Positions 9,373 through 22,706 are shown, numbered from the stretch's first letter. The stretch: 64,000 nt of DNA from Candidatus Sumerlaeaceae bacterium (GCA_049968255.1 JBMFRB010000006.1:190207-254206); one strand, 5' to 3'. Made by a program: numbers and translations. The notes: generated by a model from the letters alone, not told the origin.

Positions 9373-12054
9373 ATGACAGGCAAAATGAGGACAGATCCTG
9401 AGAAGTTGCGCCGGCTGCGATGGAACCCTTTGCCGGTGGCAGTGACGATGAGTGCGATGATGGTGGCGCTGGTCCTGATGAGTTCGGAGCGACAGACGTC
9501 CGTGCGCAGGGAACCTCCGCTACCGTCCGAGCTGCAAATCATGCTCGCGAAAACGAAACTGTCCGGAGCGAGTGCGCCTGGTCAGCAGGCCCAGAGCGCC
9601 GCAATACACACGGATGCGGATTTGACGGCGGAAGAAGCACAAGCGGATGCGTTGGGAGTGGCTTCCTCCCCCATATCGGGGCAGGCATTGGCGCCTGCTG
9701 AACGAGCTGCAGTGGGTCCGCCAGCAGGAGCTCAAAATCTTGCGGTGCTTCGTGGAAATTCAACTTTAGCACCCTCGGCCGATGGTGCCACCCCAACGGC
9801 CAGTGAGCCGCTCGATTTGCCAGTGGCAGCACCGAATGCGAGGGGTTCGTCGACGCTTGGTACTGCGCCTTATGCGGCAACTTCGAAGCCGAGTCTCGAT
9901 CAAAGGCAGAGAGATCCGCTGGAAGAGATCCGGCGCGCCATGGCGCCGACAAATCCAGGTACGCTCGGCAACCGTGGGTTGCCCATCCCAACACCGCCGC
10001 CGATTGCTATGCCGCGCGAGCTGGCGCAAGCTACGCCCGCCCCCACGCGCACTGCATCTGTCTTGCAACGAGTGCGCAACATCCCCACGCACCTCATTCA
10101 AACGCCCTATCCGATTCTGACAAATTCGTCGAGCACGGATGAACCCTCTCCTGCTGCTGACCCAACTTTGGCAACGGATGTGGGAAAGACTCCATTGTGG
10201 AGCGACCCCAATCATCCGCTGCTAAAAGGGCTGCGGGAGGACACGGTCGCAATCCCGACGGTGCCTTCGGGAACACTCCAAGTGTCTTCAGCGGAGTCGC
10301 TTGCCATCACCCCATCCGTGAGCCGAGTCCCGCGCATCGAGGCATCGAGTGTCCCCTCTGGTGCGAGGAACACGCCGTCACGCGAAAGGGTTTCTCCCGT
10401 CGTGACCCCGCAGGTTTTCTCGGCATCACCGCCTCAAGAAGGGAACCCATCTCTCACACCTGGAGCAACTGCACCGGAGGCCACACTGCGGCCGACACAA
10501 GCGCCGACTGCTGCGGTCGACAGTAGCGAACCGACTGCCTCTCCGCGTGGCGCTGCGCCGCGCGAACTCGAACACTCACTGGGGCACGAATCGCGAATAT
10601 CCCCAAGTGAACGGACGTGGGCAACACCGCCGCCTACGTTCGAAAAAGAAATTCGCACAACTGGGGAATTTACCGTGCGAAAAGGTCGAGCAATTGTCAC
10701 ATTCTCAAATGTCCCCGTAGAGAGTGTGCAAACACGGTTGTCGGCCACAAGTTCCACGGTCGCAGGAGAGGAAGAAACGCCGACGGTCTCAGCGTCGAAA
10801 GTCACGGCGCTTCCTAAGGAGGCGCAGCCGGAAGCGACCACCGTGGTACCTGCAGACATCCCCAAGTTCGAACCGAAGGACGAGAGCGAACCACTTGTAG
10901 AGCAGCGGCTTCAGGAGCTAGCGCGCACTGGAAGCGACACGAAACTTGCGCAGCGGCTAGCTAGCAAAGCGATTCCGGCAAGTGTGGGGGACCGCATTCT
11001 CACCCGCGAGGAACTTGAGCGCCACGTGCGCGCATTTGAAACTCTTCGCGGCTACAAATTGAATGAAGATCAGCGCGTCAATATTGAAGGCGTGCTGGCG
11101 CAGGACTGGCTCGAGCGCACAGCTGTTGCGGCGATCGCGCGCGAACATGGCCTGACCGTGAGCGACGAGGAAGTGTCGGCTGAGATTGAGCGACGTAAGG
11201 CGCGATTCGGTCAGAACTTGCCAAACGCGCTGCGACAGGCTGGCTTCTCGGAACAAGAAGTGCGCGAGGAAATGCGCAATGCGCTTCTGGTGGACAAGCT
11301 CGTGGAAAAGACTATGGCGGAAACATACCCAGAGAGCAAACTCCGCGAACTTTATGAAGCACATCCGGAGCGCTATACGCCCTCGCGGCGGTTGCACGTG
11401 CGCGAGATCTTTAAGCAGAAACAGCCAGGGCGAGAGCAGGAAGCACGAGCAGCGATTGAGCGCATTCGGCTAGAAATCGCAAAGGGGGCAACATTTGAGG
11501 AACTGGCGCAGCGCGAAAGCGAATCCCCAACGCGCGAGCAAAATGGCGACCTTGGCTGGATAGACGCGTCGAAACCACTCTCACCACGACAAGCTCAAGC
11601 CCTGGCAGATCTGAAACCAGGACAGGTGAGCGACGTCATCGAGCTCGGCGATGGCTTTCAGTTGCTGAAGGTTGTCGAAATTGAGGAGCCGAAGCCTGGC
11701 TTTGAGGGCGCACGTGAGGCAGTCAAGACCGCCGTGCGTGACCACATTATTGGCATGGCTTACGACGAAGCAATGGCACGCTATGAAGTCAAGCTGCGCA
11801 ACAAGCGTTTGACGCCGCGATTACCGCATCCCGAGGTGAGTAAAGCGACGTCGCCTGCGGGTGGCGGTGCAAAGACCCAGAGCGAAACGCAAAACCCCCG
11901 CAGCCAGAGGGCAAAGCGGCCAGCAACGCAGGCGCCAACAGCAACGCCCGCGCTGCTGTCGCAACCCAAGCAGCTCGAACCGCCACCAGCAAACCAGACG
12001 CCTGGCGCTAAGCGGCGCCTCATTCCATTTTTGAAGAAGCGCAGTGAGCAGTGA
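9373..12054 (+). CDS. Membrane-anchored SurA/PpiC-type peptidyl-prolyl isomerase with a long Pro/Ala/Thr/Ser-rich linker
   Basis: N-terminal TM, about 480 aa of low-complexity sequence, then SurA-like helices and parvulin motifs (FEELAQRESE, NGDLGW, LKPGQVSDVIE). Confidence 0.8.
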   Translation: MTGKMRTDPEKLRRLRWNPLPVAVTMSAMMVALVLMSSERQTSVRREPPLPSELQIMLAKTKLSGASAPGQQAQSAAIHTDADLTAEEAQADALGVASSPISGQALAPAERAAVGPPAGAQNLAVLRGNSTLAPSADGATPTASEPLDLPVAAPNARGSSTLGTAPYAATSKPSLDQRQRDPLEEIRRAMAPTNPGTLGNRGLPIPTPPPIAMPRELAQATPAPTRTASVLQRVRNIPTHLIQTPYPILTNSSSTDEPSPAADPTLATDVGKTPLWSDPNHPLLKGLREDTVAIPTVPSGTLQVSSAESLAITPSVSRVPRIEASSVPSGARNTPSRERVSPVVTPQVFSASPPQEGNPSLTPGATAPEATLRPTQAPTAAVDSSEPTASPRGAAPRELEHSLGHESRISPSERTWATPPPTFEKEIRTTGEFTVRKGRAIVTFSNVPVESVQTRLSATSSTVAGEEETPTVSASKVTALPKEAQPEATTVVPADIPKFEPKDESEPLVEQRLQELARTGSDTKLAQRLASKAIPASVGDRILTREELERHVRAFETLRGYKLNEDQRVNIEGVLAQDWLERTAVAAIAREHGLTVSDEEVSAEIERRKARFGQNLPNALRQAGFSEQEVREEMRNALLVDKLVEKTMAETYPESKLRELYEAHPERYTPSRRLHVREIFKQKQPGREQEARAAIERIRLEIAKGATFEELAQRESESPTREQNGDLGWIDASKPLSPRQAQALADLKPGQVSDVIELGDGFQLLKVVEIEEPKPGFEGAREAVKTAVRDHIIGMAYDEAMARYEVKLRNKRLTPRLPHPEVSKATSPAGGGAKTQSETQNPRSQRAKRPATQAPTATPALLSQPKQLEPPPANQTPGAKRRLIPFLKKRSEQ

Positions 12055-14033
12055 AACAGGGAAAGACATCTCAGACACAGTTGAGAGCCAAGCAACGTAG
12101 CTTAACGTCCTCCCAACGAAGTCGACGCCGCGGTCGCCTTCAGCCGAGCGCACAGCCTCAAGCTGGACTGGAACCTAAGCCATCGTGGCGCGAACGGCTG
12201 GGCTTGTCGCTGGCAACTCCAGAACCGTCGGCGATGGCGGACGGCGAGCGCACTCATTGGTTTTGGAAGGTTCTTCTTGTTGCTCTGCCGGTTTATTACT
12301 GGCTAGCATTTGGGCGCTATGGCCTTGGCGAGCGCGATGACGGTTTCGTACTTGCGCAATCGTGGCGCGTCATCAATGGTCAGCTTCCCCACCGGGACTT
12401 CATTAGCGTGCGGCCAGCCATGTCTGCTTATGATCATGCGCTGTCGCTTCTGCTAATGCCTGAAGCATGGGAAATGATTTTTGACCGGCTGCTGAATTAC
12501 GCAGAAATGGCGGCCGCCAGTTTCTTTCTTTTTGCTGCCATGGACCGCTGGCTCCCGCTTCGGCGTTTTGGACTGGATCTCTACGTCGTCTCCGCAATCG
12601 GGTTCATTTATTCGATGCACAATTTTCCCCCGATGGCATGGACGACGACAGATGGCGTTTTCTATTTTTCGCTTGGACTGTATTTCCTCAGCCGTGGCGA
12701 GCAGTGGCGTTGGCTCATTCCCGGATTGCTAGCTGTGCTGGCTGGCCTGCTAACAAAACAATCTTTTATCGCTATGCCGCCACTTGCGCTTGCCGTAGTG
12801 GCAACGCTCTACGGTTGGCGCGCGCTACTGAGGGCGGTTGGGGTGCTTGCTGGCGCTTCGCTGCTCCTCACGCTCTGGGGTGCGGCCGTAGGCGTCTTGG
12901 AGCCGATGATCTACCAGACCACGAACACGACTGGTCGAGGGAATGTGTTTATTTATAGCGGACTCTTCACGTACTTCGAGCGCGCTAGCTACTTTTTGCC
13001 AGTGCTCTCGTTTGCCATGTTGCGCCTTGCGGCTGTGCGATGGCCAAAAGCGGCGAGCAAGGGATTCGCGTTTGTGGCGCTCGCCTGTTGCGTGGCGCTG
13101 CTTTTCGAAACGCTCGACAACTATTTAGCGCCGCAAATTCTTTTTCGGAGACTTGCTGCAAAGCTCACATTTGGTCTCATGGCACGCAATTATGGCGGCA
13201 AGAGCTTTGCAGAGATTTTCCAAGAGTTTGTCCATCACCCAGGCTGGGGCGATGGCGGCATGGGATTCAATATCCCCTTTCACGCAGTGCGGAGCCTTTT
13301 CTGGTTGGGCCTAGGGGCTGCACTTGCGACACTCCAACTTCGCCGCGTGCCGGCCTCAGTTTTTCCGTTGTACGGGCTCGTTCTGGCGTGGTCGTGCTCG
13401 GCAACCAATGGCTATCCCACCCCCGCACTTTGTTCAGGGCCCCTGGTGTTTGCGCTTTTTCATGCGGCTTATCCTCTGATGCCGCGGCGAGCTGCAAAAG
13501 TTCTGGCGCAGATTCTGCTTTGGGGCGGCTTGGCCGTGTATTCGTTCGCGAATTGCTTTCCCTATCAGTCCAAGCCCATCTGGCGGTGCGTGCATCCCAT
13601 GGGCACAATCTTTAAGAAGGCTTCTTTTATCTGGGCTGATGAGCGCTCCTGGCGCTGCTACTCCGAACTTGCCGCGCTCACGAAACGCTACGGCACGAAT
13701 TTCAAGACGCTGCCGAATGTTCCGCTTGCGAATTATCTCACGAACACCATTCCGCCGATTCCTGTGGACTGGGTGGAAGATTACGAGCTGCCTGGCGAGT
13801 GGCGCGATGTGGCGCTTGAGCTGGATCGAAGTGGTGCTGTTGTCTTTTTGCGCAGGGAACTCATGGAATCGGAGCTTCTTCCGCATTATCAGTTCGGGGG
13901 CATTAATTCCACCGTGGCTTTCTACGTGACGAAGACGTGGAGGAAAATCGAGTCCGGTCCAGCATTTGATGTTTACGTCCGCGAGATGAACACGTCTTCT
14001 CCACTCGAAATCCAATGGGCCCACAAGAAGTGA
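12051..14033 (+). CDS. Polytopic membrane protein, GT-C-like glycosyltransferase (putative)
   Basis: GTGA overlap with the upstream stop; motif ERDDGF..AQSWRVINGQLPHRDF after the first TM, TKQ motif, many TM helices. Confidence 0.55.
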   Translation: MKQGKTSQTQLRAKQRSLTSSQRSRRRGRLQPSAQPQAGLEPKPSWRERLGLSLATPEPSAMADGERTHWFWKVLLVALPVYYWLAFGRYGLGERDDGFVLAQSWRVINGQLPHRDFISVRPAMSAYDHALSLLLMPEAWEMIFDRLLNYAEMAAASFFLFAAMDRWLPLRRFGLDLYVVSAIGFIYSMHNFPPMAWTTTDGVFYFSLGLYFLSRGEQWRWLIPGLLAVLAGLLTKQSFIAMPPLALAVVATLYGWRALLRAVGVLAGASLLLTLWGAAVGVLEPMIYQTTNTTGRGNVFIYSGLFTYFERASYFLPVLSFAMLRLAAVRWPKAASKGFAFVALACCVALLFETLDNYLAPQILFRRLAAKLTFGLMARNYGGKSFAEIFQEFVHHPGWGDGGMGFNIPFHAVRSLFWLGLGAALATLQLRRVPASVFPLYGLVLAWSCSATNGYPTPALCSGPLVFALFHAAYPLMPRRAAKVLAQILLWGGLAVYSFANCFPYQSKPIWRCVHPMGTIFKKASFIWADERSWRCYSELAALTKRYGTNFKTLPNVPLANYLTNTIPPIPVDWVEDYELPGEWRDVALELDRSGAVVFLRRELMESELLPHYQFGGINSTVAFYVTKTWRKIESGPAFDVYVREMNTSSPLEIQWAHKK

Positions 14034-14109
14034 TGGCTGGGGAGGAAGGATTCGAACCTTCGAATGCGGGTTCCAAAGACCCGTGCCTTAGCCACTTGGC
14101 GACTCCCCA
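14034..14109 (-). tRNA. tRNA-Gln (anticodon UUG)
   Basis: Reverse complement TGGGGAGTCGCCAAGTGGCTAAGGCACGGGTCTTTGGAACCCGCATTCGAAGGTTCGAATCCTTCCTCCCCAGCCA: cloverleaf, TTG anticodon, TTCGAAT T-loop, encoded CCA. Confidence 0.96.
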
Positions 14110-14202
14110 GCGTTGGCAGTTTTTTCTTACAGTTGCGCAAAGCAGCAATTCAGCACGCTGGGCATTGTAGAATGCACAGAAGCAGAGGTTTGCAGTGATT
14201 GA

Positions 14203-15573
<1,371 letters not shown>

Positions 15574-15593
15574 GCCTAGACGAGGTCGAAATC

Positions 15594-16796
15594 ATGTCGG
15601 GGAAGATTCAACGAGAGGACGAAAGCGTATCGCAGCCGAGAGAGCGGCCGGGACTCGGCTTGGTTGAGACAAAGTACGTTGATCTATGCCAGGACGGCCT
15701 CGAACTTGAGAGCGGTGTGCGATTCGGTCCGATCACGGTCGCCTATGAGACATACGGTGAGCTTTCGCCCACTCGCGACAACGTCGTGCTCGTGTGTCAT
15801 GCGCTTTCGGGGGGAGCCCACGCGGCGGGATGGCTTCCCGGCCAGAAAAAGCCGGGGTGGTGGGATATCATGATCGGACCGGGGAAAGCGTTCGATACAG
15901 ATAAGTATTTTGTGATTTGCTCGAACGTGCTCGGCAGTTGTTATGGCACAACCGGGCCGAGTTCTCTCAACCCGCGTACGGGCAAGCCGTACGGTTTGAG
16001 CTTTCCGGTCGTGACGATTCGCGACATGGTCAACGTGCAGGCGCGATTGCTGGATCATCTGGGGATCTCTCGCGTGCTGTGCGTGACGGGTGGCTCGATG
16101 GGCGGAATGCAGGCGCTGCAATGGGCAGCTGCTTACCCGGAACGGGTGCAATCCGTGATTGCCATTGCGACGACTTGGCGACATTCGGCGCAACAGATCG
16201 CTTTCAACGAGGTCGCGCGCCAAGCCATCATGGCTGATCCGGCGTGGAACAAGGGCGATTACTATGACGGCGAGGGGCCACGCATGGGCCTGGCTGTAGC
16301 GCGCATGATCGGTCACATTACCTACCTATCCGACATCAGCATGGAGCGTAAATTTGGCCGGCGTCTTCGCAATCGCGAACGTTATGGTTTTGACTTTACC
16401 TCGATTGATTTTGAAGTGGAGAGCTATTTGCGCTATCAGGGGCAAAGCTTTGTCGAGCGCTTCGACGCCAACTCGTTGCTCTATTTGACCAAGGCCTTGG
16501 ATTATTTTGACCTGACGCAGGGAACTGGGGAGTTGAGAGAAGTTTTCCTTGGCACGAAGACGCTGTTTTTGCTCATGACTTTTTCTTCGGACTGGCTCTA
16601 TCCCCCGCAGCAGTTGAAGGAAGTGGCGCATGCCGTGCGCCGTGTGGGCGGCGACGCTACTTACTGCGAAATCAACAGCGACTACGGACACGACGCATTT
16701 CTTCTCGAACACGCGACGCAGGCACCACTTATCTCGTCGTTCCTTGAGCGTGCCAGCGGGCTCTTTTTCGAAGGAGACGGCGGTGAGGGAATCTAA
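15594..16796 (+). CDS. metX: Homoserine O-acetyltransferase
   Basis: [32 protein letters not shown] and GHDAFL motifs. Confidence 0.95.
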   Translation: MSGKIQREDESVSQPRERPGLGLVETKYVDLCQDGLELESGVRFGPITVAYETYGELSPTRDNVVLVCHALSGGAHAAGWLPGQKKPGWWDIMIGPGKAFDTDKYFVICSNVLGSCYGTTGPSSLNPRTGKPYGLSFPVVTIRDMVNVQARLLDHLGISRVLCVTGGSMGGMQALQWAAAYPERVQSVIAIATTWRHSAQQIAFNEVARQAIMADPAWNKGDYYDGEGPRMGLAVARMIGHITYLSDISMERKFGRRLRNRERYGFDFTSIDFEVESYLRYQGQSFVERFDANSLLYLTKALDYFDLTQGTGELREVFLGTKTLFLLMTFSSDWLYPPQQLKEVAHAVRRVGGDATYCEINSDYGHDAFLLEHATQAPLISSFLERASGLFFEGDGGEGI

Positions 16797-17379
16797 CAAG
16801 AAATTTATTGAGGATTGGATAGTGGCGCACACGCCTGAGCACGCCCGCGTGCTGGATGTGGGATGTGGCGACGGCCGGCTACTTGAGCACCTTGTGAAAG
16901 AGAAGAATGCGAGAGGAACTGGAATCGAGCTCGATGAAGCAAACGTGCGTCAAGCTATTCAGCGTGGCCTGAGTGTGCATCATGGAGACGCGGAAGAAGG
17001 CCTCGACCACTACGCCGATGACGGCTTCGACATCGTCATCTTCAGTTTGACGATCCAAGAGCTGGGTCATCCCCAGCGGTTGCTGCGTGAGGCGTTTCGT
17101 GTAGGGCGCCAGCTCGTTGTGACGTTTCCCAATTTTGGGCATTGGCTCGCTCGTTGGCAACTCGCCGTGCTTGGGCGTGCACCTAGCACTCCGTGTCTTC
17201 CCTACACGTGGTATGAAACCCCGAACCGCCATTATCTGACTGTGTTGGACTGGGAAGAATTTATAAAGGCAGAAGGCTGGCGAGTGCTGGATCGTGCATT
17301 TGTAAGCAATGGCAGCGAGGTGCGATGGCTGCCTAACTTGCGCGCCGAGGCCGCGATGTATCTGCTCGAGGAGGGCTGA
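16783..17379 (+). CDS. metW: Methionine biosynthesis protein MetW
   Basis: [26 protein letters not shown]; GTG start with AAGGAG SD overlapping the metX end. Confidence 0.92.
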   Translation: MRESNKKFIEDWIVAHTPEHARVLDVGCGDGRLLEHLVKEKNARGTGIELDEANVRQAIQRGLSVHHGDAEEGLDHYADDGFDIVIFSLTIQELGHPQRLLREAFRVGRQLVVTFPNFGHWLARWQLAVLGRAPSTPCLPYTWYETPNRHYLTVLDWEEFIKAEGWRVLDRAFVSNGSEVRWLPNLRAEAAMYLLEEG

Positions 17380-17462
17380 GGCCAATCGTTGCACGTCTCA
17401 CCCCACGCCGGCATGGGCGGCGAAGAGATCCTGGCAATGCCTGAGGAGCAAAACAGCAATCT

Positions 17463-19379
17463 TCAGAGCAAAACTTTGCTGATCCCGAGGCGTTCCGCCA
17501 CCCGACGCAGTCGCATCAGGACATTGGAAGTGTCTGGCAGGCCCTGACGGGCGTACTGGCAGGAACGCACAGCATCCATACGCATGCCGCGGTATTCGTA
17601 AAGTTCGGCGAGCCGCACAAAAAGTTCGGCTTGCTGCGGCGCAATCCGAAAAATCGCCTGGCGCAGATGCCAAGTAGCAAGGGCGAAGGATTGGGCACGC
17701 TCGAGCTCGCGAACGAGCAGGAGACGGAGGACAAAATGGTTAGGATTGTTCGCCACACCAAGGCGCAGAATTTCCTGTGCGCGCGAAGGGATGTTCGTGT
17801 CGCTATAAAAAAGCGCAAGTTGCTCATAAAACGTCGGCACGTAAGGATTTGCTTTGATGGCATGTCGGTAAGCTGTTTCCACGCGTGGGGCCAGAGCAAG
17901 AAGGGCTCGCGAATCCCCAACAGCGCGCTCTTGATAATGTTGAGCCAACCGTGCCCATCCTTCCGCATAGAATGGGAAAATGAACACAGCACGTTCAACG
18001 CGCTGGCCGTAGTTCACGTCGGAAAGAGCTTCCCCTTCGCGGCGTTGGGCAAGGGCCTTGGCGCGGTGCGGCATGGCTTGGAGGGTAAGGAGGATGAGGG
18101 CCGTCACGCCGGCAACAGATGTACGCACCGCAACTCCCAAACGCGAAGGCTCGTGGCGCATCAATGCGGCGCTCAATTTCCCTCTTACGCGAGGCGTGGC
18201 CGTGGCATGCTGCTCAGCGAGATTCCATTTCTCGTAGAAAATGCGCATAGGATCGCGGACCGCAACCAAGCTGACAAATGTGCCAACAATCGCCCACAGA
18301 AAAACCCAGCCCCAAGGTTGAGCAAGATCGTCCGTCACAAAAAGTCGCGCGAATTCTAATAGAACGAGGGTCAGATAGACGAGCACGCTGAGCCGCAGCC
18401 GCCGGTTGGGAAATAACTGCCAGCGACGTAAAACAAACACCGGCACTCGCAACCATGCTGCAGCGAAGAGAACGGTGCCAACGGCGCCCCATTCACACGG
18501 GATTCGTGCGAAAGCTGGTACCACTGGCGGTAGCTCAAGGTAGCCGACTGGCCGAAAAGACGCGGCCATCCAGGGCCACGTCCCGACTCCACCGCCCGTA
18601 ATCGGATAGGCAAGAAAAAGGCGCCGGACCGTCGAGAGGAGTAAGGCCTGTGTAAATGCCCAATTGCCGAATATGCCAAGGCGATACGATTCGAGAAGAG
18701 CCAGGAGAGTCTGAACGATCCACACGGATATGCCGACGAGTATCGCCCCTGACCACAAAACAAAAACGAGATTTGCTGGCTTTTGCAGAAGAAAAAAAGG
18801 CTGAGCCAGCAGAATCACTAATCCGAAAGTGAAGGCGAGGCTCTGCATGGCCTCAAGCGAAACAACGGCGGCCTGAGCTGCTTCGTTAGCGGGGGCCGGA
18901 CGCGACAGCAGATGCTCAGCCCCTGCCCACAGTCCTAAACATACGGCCAAGGCCACAAGGTTGAAACTTCGCAGGCGACGGAAAAACAGATAGCGACCAA
19001 GGAGATAGGCCCACACGCCGTCAAGCATCCACGTAAGCGCAAGCGCTGTTGCGCCAGGCGCTTCGCTGTAATGCAAGGAAGCGGCCGAGTAGGCAAAAAA
19101 CACAGCGACGAGGAAATCAAAGTGAGACCAGTAAAGCGACTGGCGCCCACTAAGATTGTGGGCCGCCATACTCCCCACGAACCCTGCAGCGAGGAGTGTG
19201 TGGGCGAGCAAGGGCTGAAACCCCAAAGGGTCGTGGCTGAGTGCTAAAAGAATGAGCGCCCCGCCAAAGCACAAGAGAGCGAACACGTCGAGAAGAATGA
19301 CGGTTAGATCCGCACGGGTGATTTTCAGCGCTTCACGATGGCTCACGGCGCCACATTTGCGGTTCGAAGAACGTAGCAT
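17463..19379 (-). CDS. O-antigen-ligase-like (Wzy_C) membrane protein with C-terminal TPR repeats
   Basis: About 12 TM helices, [16 protein letters not shown] ligase-like loop, C-terminal TPR-like repeats (AIKANPY, GVANNPN). Start uncertain (19379 or GTG 19346); the ORF extension to 20213 lies antisense to maeB. Confidence 0.65.
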   Translation of the reverse strand: MLRSSNRKCGAVSHREALKITRADLTVILLDVFALLCFGGALILLALSHDPLGFQPLLAHTLLAAGFVGSMAAHNLSGRQSLYWSHFDFLVAVFFAYSAASLHYSEAPGATALALTWMLDGVWAYLLGRYLFFRRLRSFNLVALAVCLGLWAGAEHLLSRPAPANEAAQAAVVSLEAMQSLAFTFGLVILLAQPFFLLQKPANLVFVLWSGAILVGISVWIVQTLLALLESYRLGIFGNWAFTQALLLSTVRRLFLAYPITGGGVGTWPWMAASFRPVGYLELPPVVPAFARIPCEWGAVGTVLFAAAWLRVPVFVLRRWQLFPNRRLRLSVLVYLTLVLLEFARLFVTDDLAQPWGWVFLWAIVGTFVSLVAVRDPMRIFYEKWNLAEQHATATPRVRGKLSAALMRHEPSRLGVAVRTSVAGVTALILLTLQAMPHRAKALAQRREGEALSDVNYGQRVERAVFIFPFYAEGWARLAQHYQERAVGDSRALLALAPRVETAYRHAIKANPYVPTFYEQLALFYSDTNIPSRAQEILRLGVANNPNHFVLRLLLVRELERAQSFALATWHLRQAIFRIAPQQAELFVRLAELYEYRGMRMDAVRSCQYARQGLPDTSNVLMRLRRVAERLGISKVLL

Positions 19380-19505
19380 GGCAAGAAAATAGGCGGTCGG
19401 CATGGCTCGCGCGAAGCGACACTTGCAAAGGCAGGTTGGAGAATAGAATCGTTGCTGGCGAGACGGCAAACTCTCGCCTATCTCGGGTCGAGGAGAAAGA
19501 AATTC

Positions 19506-21746
19506 ATGACTACACGCGATGAAGCTCTTGCCTATCATAGCAGGCCGCCCGCAGGCAAAATTGAAATTCGGCCGACAAAACCTTGTCTCACGCAGCGCGA
19601 TCTGGCGCTGGCTTATACTCCCGGCGTGGCAGAACCGTGCCGCGAAATCGAAGCGAACCCCGAAGAGGTGTTTAAGTACACGGCTCGCGGAAATCTTGTG
19701 GCCGTGGTGAGCAATGGCACAGCGGTCCTGGGTCTTGGTGATATCGGTCCGCTGGCTGGCAAACCCGTGATGGAAGGCAAGGCTCTGCTGTTCAAGCGCT
19801 TTGCCGATATTGATGCCATTGATATTGAGTTGGCCACGAAGGCCCCAACGGAAATCATCCGCACCGTCCAACTTCTCGAACCCACCTTCGGCGGAATCAA
19901 TCTGGAGGATATCAAGGCGCCGGAGTGCTTTGAAATCGAGGAAGCGTTGCGCGCGACAATGCAGATTCCGGTGTTTCACGACGATCAACACGGGACTGCA
20001 ATTATCTCTGGTGCAGCACTGCTCAACGCGCTGGAGCTCGCAGGGAAACGCATTGAGCAAGTGAACATCGTGTTCAGTGGAGCCGGAGCAGCCGCCATCG
20101 CAACGGCGCGCTTCTATTGCCTTCTTGGAGCCCGCAAAGAGAACATCACCATTGTGGATTCCAAAGGGGTAATCTACGTGGGACGCAAAGAGGGCATGAA
20201 TCGGTGGAAGCAAGAGTTTGCCACCGAGACGTCGGCACGCTCGCTCGCTGAGGCTATGCGCGGTGCGGACGTGTTCGTGGGTCTTTCGGTGGCGGGACTT
20301 GTGACAGAGGAGATGCTCCGCAGCATGGCCGCGAAGCCCATTGTCTTCGCACTGGCCAATCCCGATCCGGAAATTCCCTACGATGTCGCGAAGGCGGTGC
20401 GGCCCGACGCCATCGTGGCCACGGGACGGTCAGATTATCCTAATCAAGTCAATAACGTTCTGGGGTTCCCCTTCATTTTTCGCGGGGCCTTAGATGTTCG
20501 TGCGCGTCAGATCAATGAACAGATGAAGGTGGCAGCGGCAAAAGCGCTCGCGGCGTTGGCCCGTGAGAGTGTTCCGGAGACAGTGGCAAAAGCGTACGGT
20601 CTGGAAACCATCACATTCGGGCCGGATTATCTTATTCCCAAGCCATTGGATCCGCGAGTTCTCACGTGGGTGGCTCCTGCAGTGGCCGAAGCGGCCATTG
20701 AATCCGGCGTGGCGCGGCACAAGCTGGACATCGCCAAGTACCGCGAGGCACTGGAAAACAGACTTGGGCGCTCACGCGAAATCATGCGCATCGTGTTCCA
20801 TAAGGCTCGCACGGCACCCAAACGGGTTGTGTTTGCGGAAGGAAGCCATTCGAAAATTCTTCAGGCCGCGCGACAGCTTGTGGATGAAAAGATTGCCTCT
20901 CCTATCTTGCTTGGCGATCCTCCAGCAATCGAAGCCCAAGCTGCTCGACTTCAAATTAGCCTCACAGGAATGCGAATTGAAAGTCTTGCGAATTCGCCAA
21001 ACCGCGACCGATACGCACGCCGCATATTCGAGTTGCGTTGCCGAAAAGGTGTGACGCTGAGTGAGGCTTTTGAACTCGTCAGGGATCCCAACTATTACGC
21101 GTCGGCTATGGTCGAACAGGGGGATGCCGATGTGATGATCTCCGGAATCGAGTATCATTATCCGGATGGGCTAAGGCCGCCGATGCGGATCATTGGGGTT
21201 GACCCCAAGCATAAAACGGCGGCAGGCGTCTACCTCATCATCACGAAGCAGCGCACGCTGTTCTTCGCCGACACGACAGTGAACATTGATCTCGATGCCG
21301 AACGCATGGCGCGCGTGGCGGTGCTTACGGCAAATCTGGCGCGGAGCTTTGGAGTGGAGCCGCGCGTGGCAATGCTAAGCTTCTCGAACTTTGGAAGTGT
21401 GCGCCACCCACGGACGGAGATGGTGCAGCAAGCTGTGAAGATGGCGCGCCAGTTGGATCCTACGCTCCAGGTGGATGGGGAACTTCAGGCTAATACGGCC
21501 CTCAATGCAGAGCATTTGAACGAGACTTATCCATTCAACATCCTCGGAGGCGAGGCGAACGTGCTCATTTTCCCGAATTTGGAGGCTGGGAATATCGGCT
21601 ACAAACTTGTGGCACGCCTTGCCGATGCAGAGCTTGTGGGCCCGATTCTTGTCGGCATGAAGAAGCCTGTCCATATTCTGCAGCGAGGCGATGAGGTAAA
21701 GGATATTGTCAACCTTACAGCCATCGCTGTGATCGGCGCACAGTAA
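19506..21746 (+). CDS. maeB: NADP-dependent malic enzyme with PTA-like domain
   Basis: [51 protein letters not shown], then a phosphotransacetylase-like C-terminal domain. Confidence 0.96.
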   Translation: MTTRDEALAYHSRPPAGKIEIRPTKPCLTQRDLALAYTPGVAEPCREIEANPEEVFKYTARGNLVAVVSNGTAVLGLGDIGPLAGKPVMEGKALLFKRFADIDAIDIELATKAPTEIIRTVQLLEPTFGGINLEDIKAPECFEIEEALRATMQIPVFHDDQHGTAIISGAALLNALELAGKRIEQVNIVFSGAGAAAIATARFYCLLGARKENITIVDSKGVIYVGRKEGMNRWKQEFATETSARSLAEAMRGADVFVGLSVAGLVTEEMLRSMAAKPIVFALANPDPEIPYDVAKAVRPDAIVATGRSDYPNQVNNVLGFPFIFRGALDVRARQINEQMKVAAAKALAALARESVPETVAKAYGLETITFGPDYLIPKPLDPRVLTWVAPAVAEAAIESGVARHKLDIAKYREALENRLGRSREIMRIVFHKARTAPKRVVFAEGSHSKILQAARQLVDEKIASPILLGDPPAIEAQAARLQISLTGMRIESLANSPNRDRYARRIFELRCRKGVTLSEAFELVRDPNYYASAMVEQGDADVMISGIEYHYPDGLRPPMRIIGVDPKHKTAAGVYLIITKQRTLFFADTTVNIDLDAERMARVAVLTANLARSFGVEPRVAMLSFSNFGSVRHPRTEMVQQAVKMARQLDPTLQVDGELQANTALNAEHLNETYPFNILGGEANVLIFPNLEAGNIGYKLVARLADAELVGPILVGMKKPVHILQRGDEVKDIVNLTAIAVIGAQ

Positions 21747-21803
21747 CGTGACGTGCGAACATGTGGTGGTGTTGTTACAATAAAAACAGGTGGAGTTGGC
21801 GGC

Positions 21804-22706
21804 ATGCGTGTGGCCATAACAGGCGCAACGGGTTTCATTGGACGAGCTCTCGCCACAGCGCTTGAACAACAGGGGGTAAAAGTGTGGCGACTGGTGCGGC
21901 GGCCTAGTGGCGCGCCCAACGAGGTCGCGTGGTCTGTTGAGCAAGGTGTTCGCGAACCTGCTAAAGTGGAAGGTTGCGATGCTGTAATTCATCTTGCGGG
22001 AGAAAGCATTGCGGGCGGTCTGCGTTGGTCAGCCGCGAAAAAAGCGCGAATCCGCGAGAGTCGGGTGCGTGGCACAGAAAGATTGGTCGAATCGCTGCGG
22101 CAACTCGCACAACCGCCGCAAACCCTGCTCTGTGCTTCGGCCATTGGCTATTACGGCGACCGCGGTGAGGAGATCCTGACCGAAACAAGCGCGCCGGGCC
22201 CTAAGGGATTTTTGGTTCAAGTCGCACGTGAGTGGGAGGCAGCTGCGCTGGAGGCGAGCACGTTTGGAGCACGAGTGGTGAATCTGCGTTTCGGCATTGT
22301 GCTTGGCCAAGAAGGCGGCGCTTTGCCACAAATGTTGCCGCTTTTTCGTTGTGGACTCGGTGGGCGCCTGGGCTCAGGGCGGCAGTGGTGGAGCTGGATT
22401 TCCATTCGCGACGTTGTTGGCGGCATCTTGCATGCGCTCGTACATCGGGAGCTTCAAGGTCCCGTGAACTTCACAGCGCCCGCGCCCGTGCGCAATGTGG
22501 AATTTACACGTGAGCTGGCGCGCTCTTTGCGTCGGCCAGCCTTTTTCGCTGCACCGGCATTCGCCCTACGGCTCATCATGGGACAAATGGCAGAGGAAAT
22601 GCTGCTAGCAAGCACCCGGGTCCTCCCTGAAAAGCTTCAAGCTACGAGCTATCGCTTCGTGCATCCCTCGCTGGATGTTGCCCTGGCTGAACTGCTTCGT
22701 GCTTAA
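21804..22706 (+). CDS. TIGR01777/YfcH-family NAD-dependent epimerase
   Basis: ITGATGFIG, HLAGESI, ASAIGYYG, GGRLGSGRQWWSWI motifs. Confidence 0.9.
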   Translation: MRVAITGATGFIGRALATALEQQGVKVWRLVRRPSGAPNEVAWSVEQGVREPAKVEGCDAVIHLAGESIAGGLRWSAAKKARIRESRVRGTERLVESLRQLAQPPQTLLCASAIGYYGDRGEEILTETSAPGPKGFLVQVAREWEAAALEASTFGARVVNLRFGIVLGQEGGALPQMLPLFRCGLGGRLGSGRQWWSWISIRDVVGGILHALVHRELQGPVNFTAPAPVRNVEFTRELARSLRRPAFFAAPAFALRLIMGQMAEEMLLASTRVLPEKLQATSYRFVHPSLDVALAELLRA

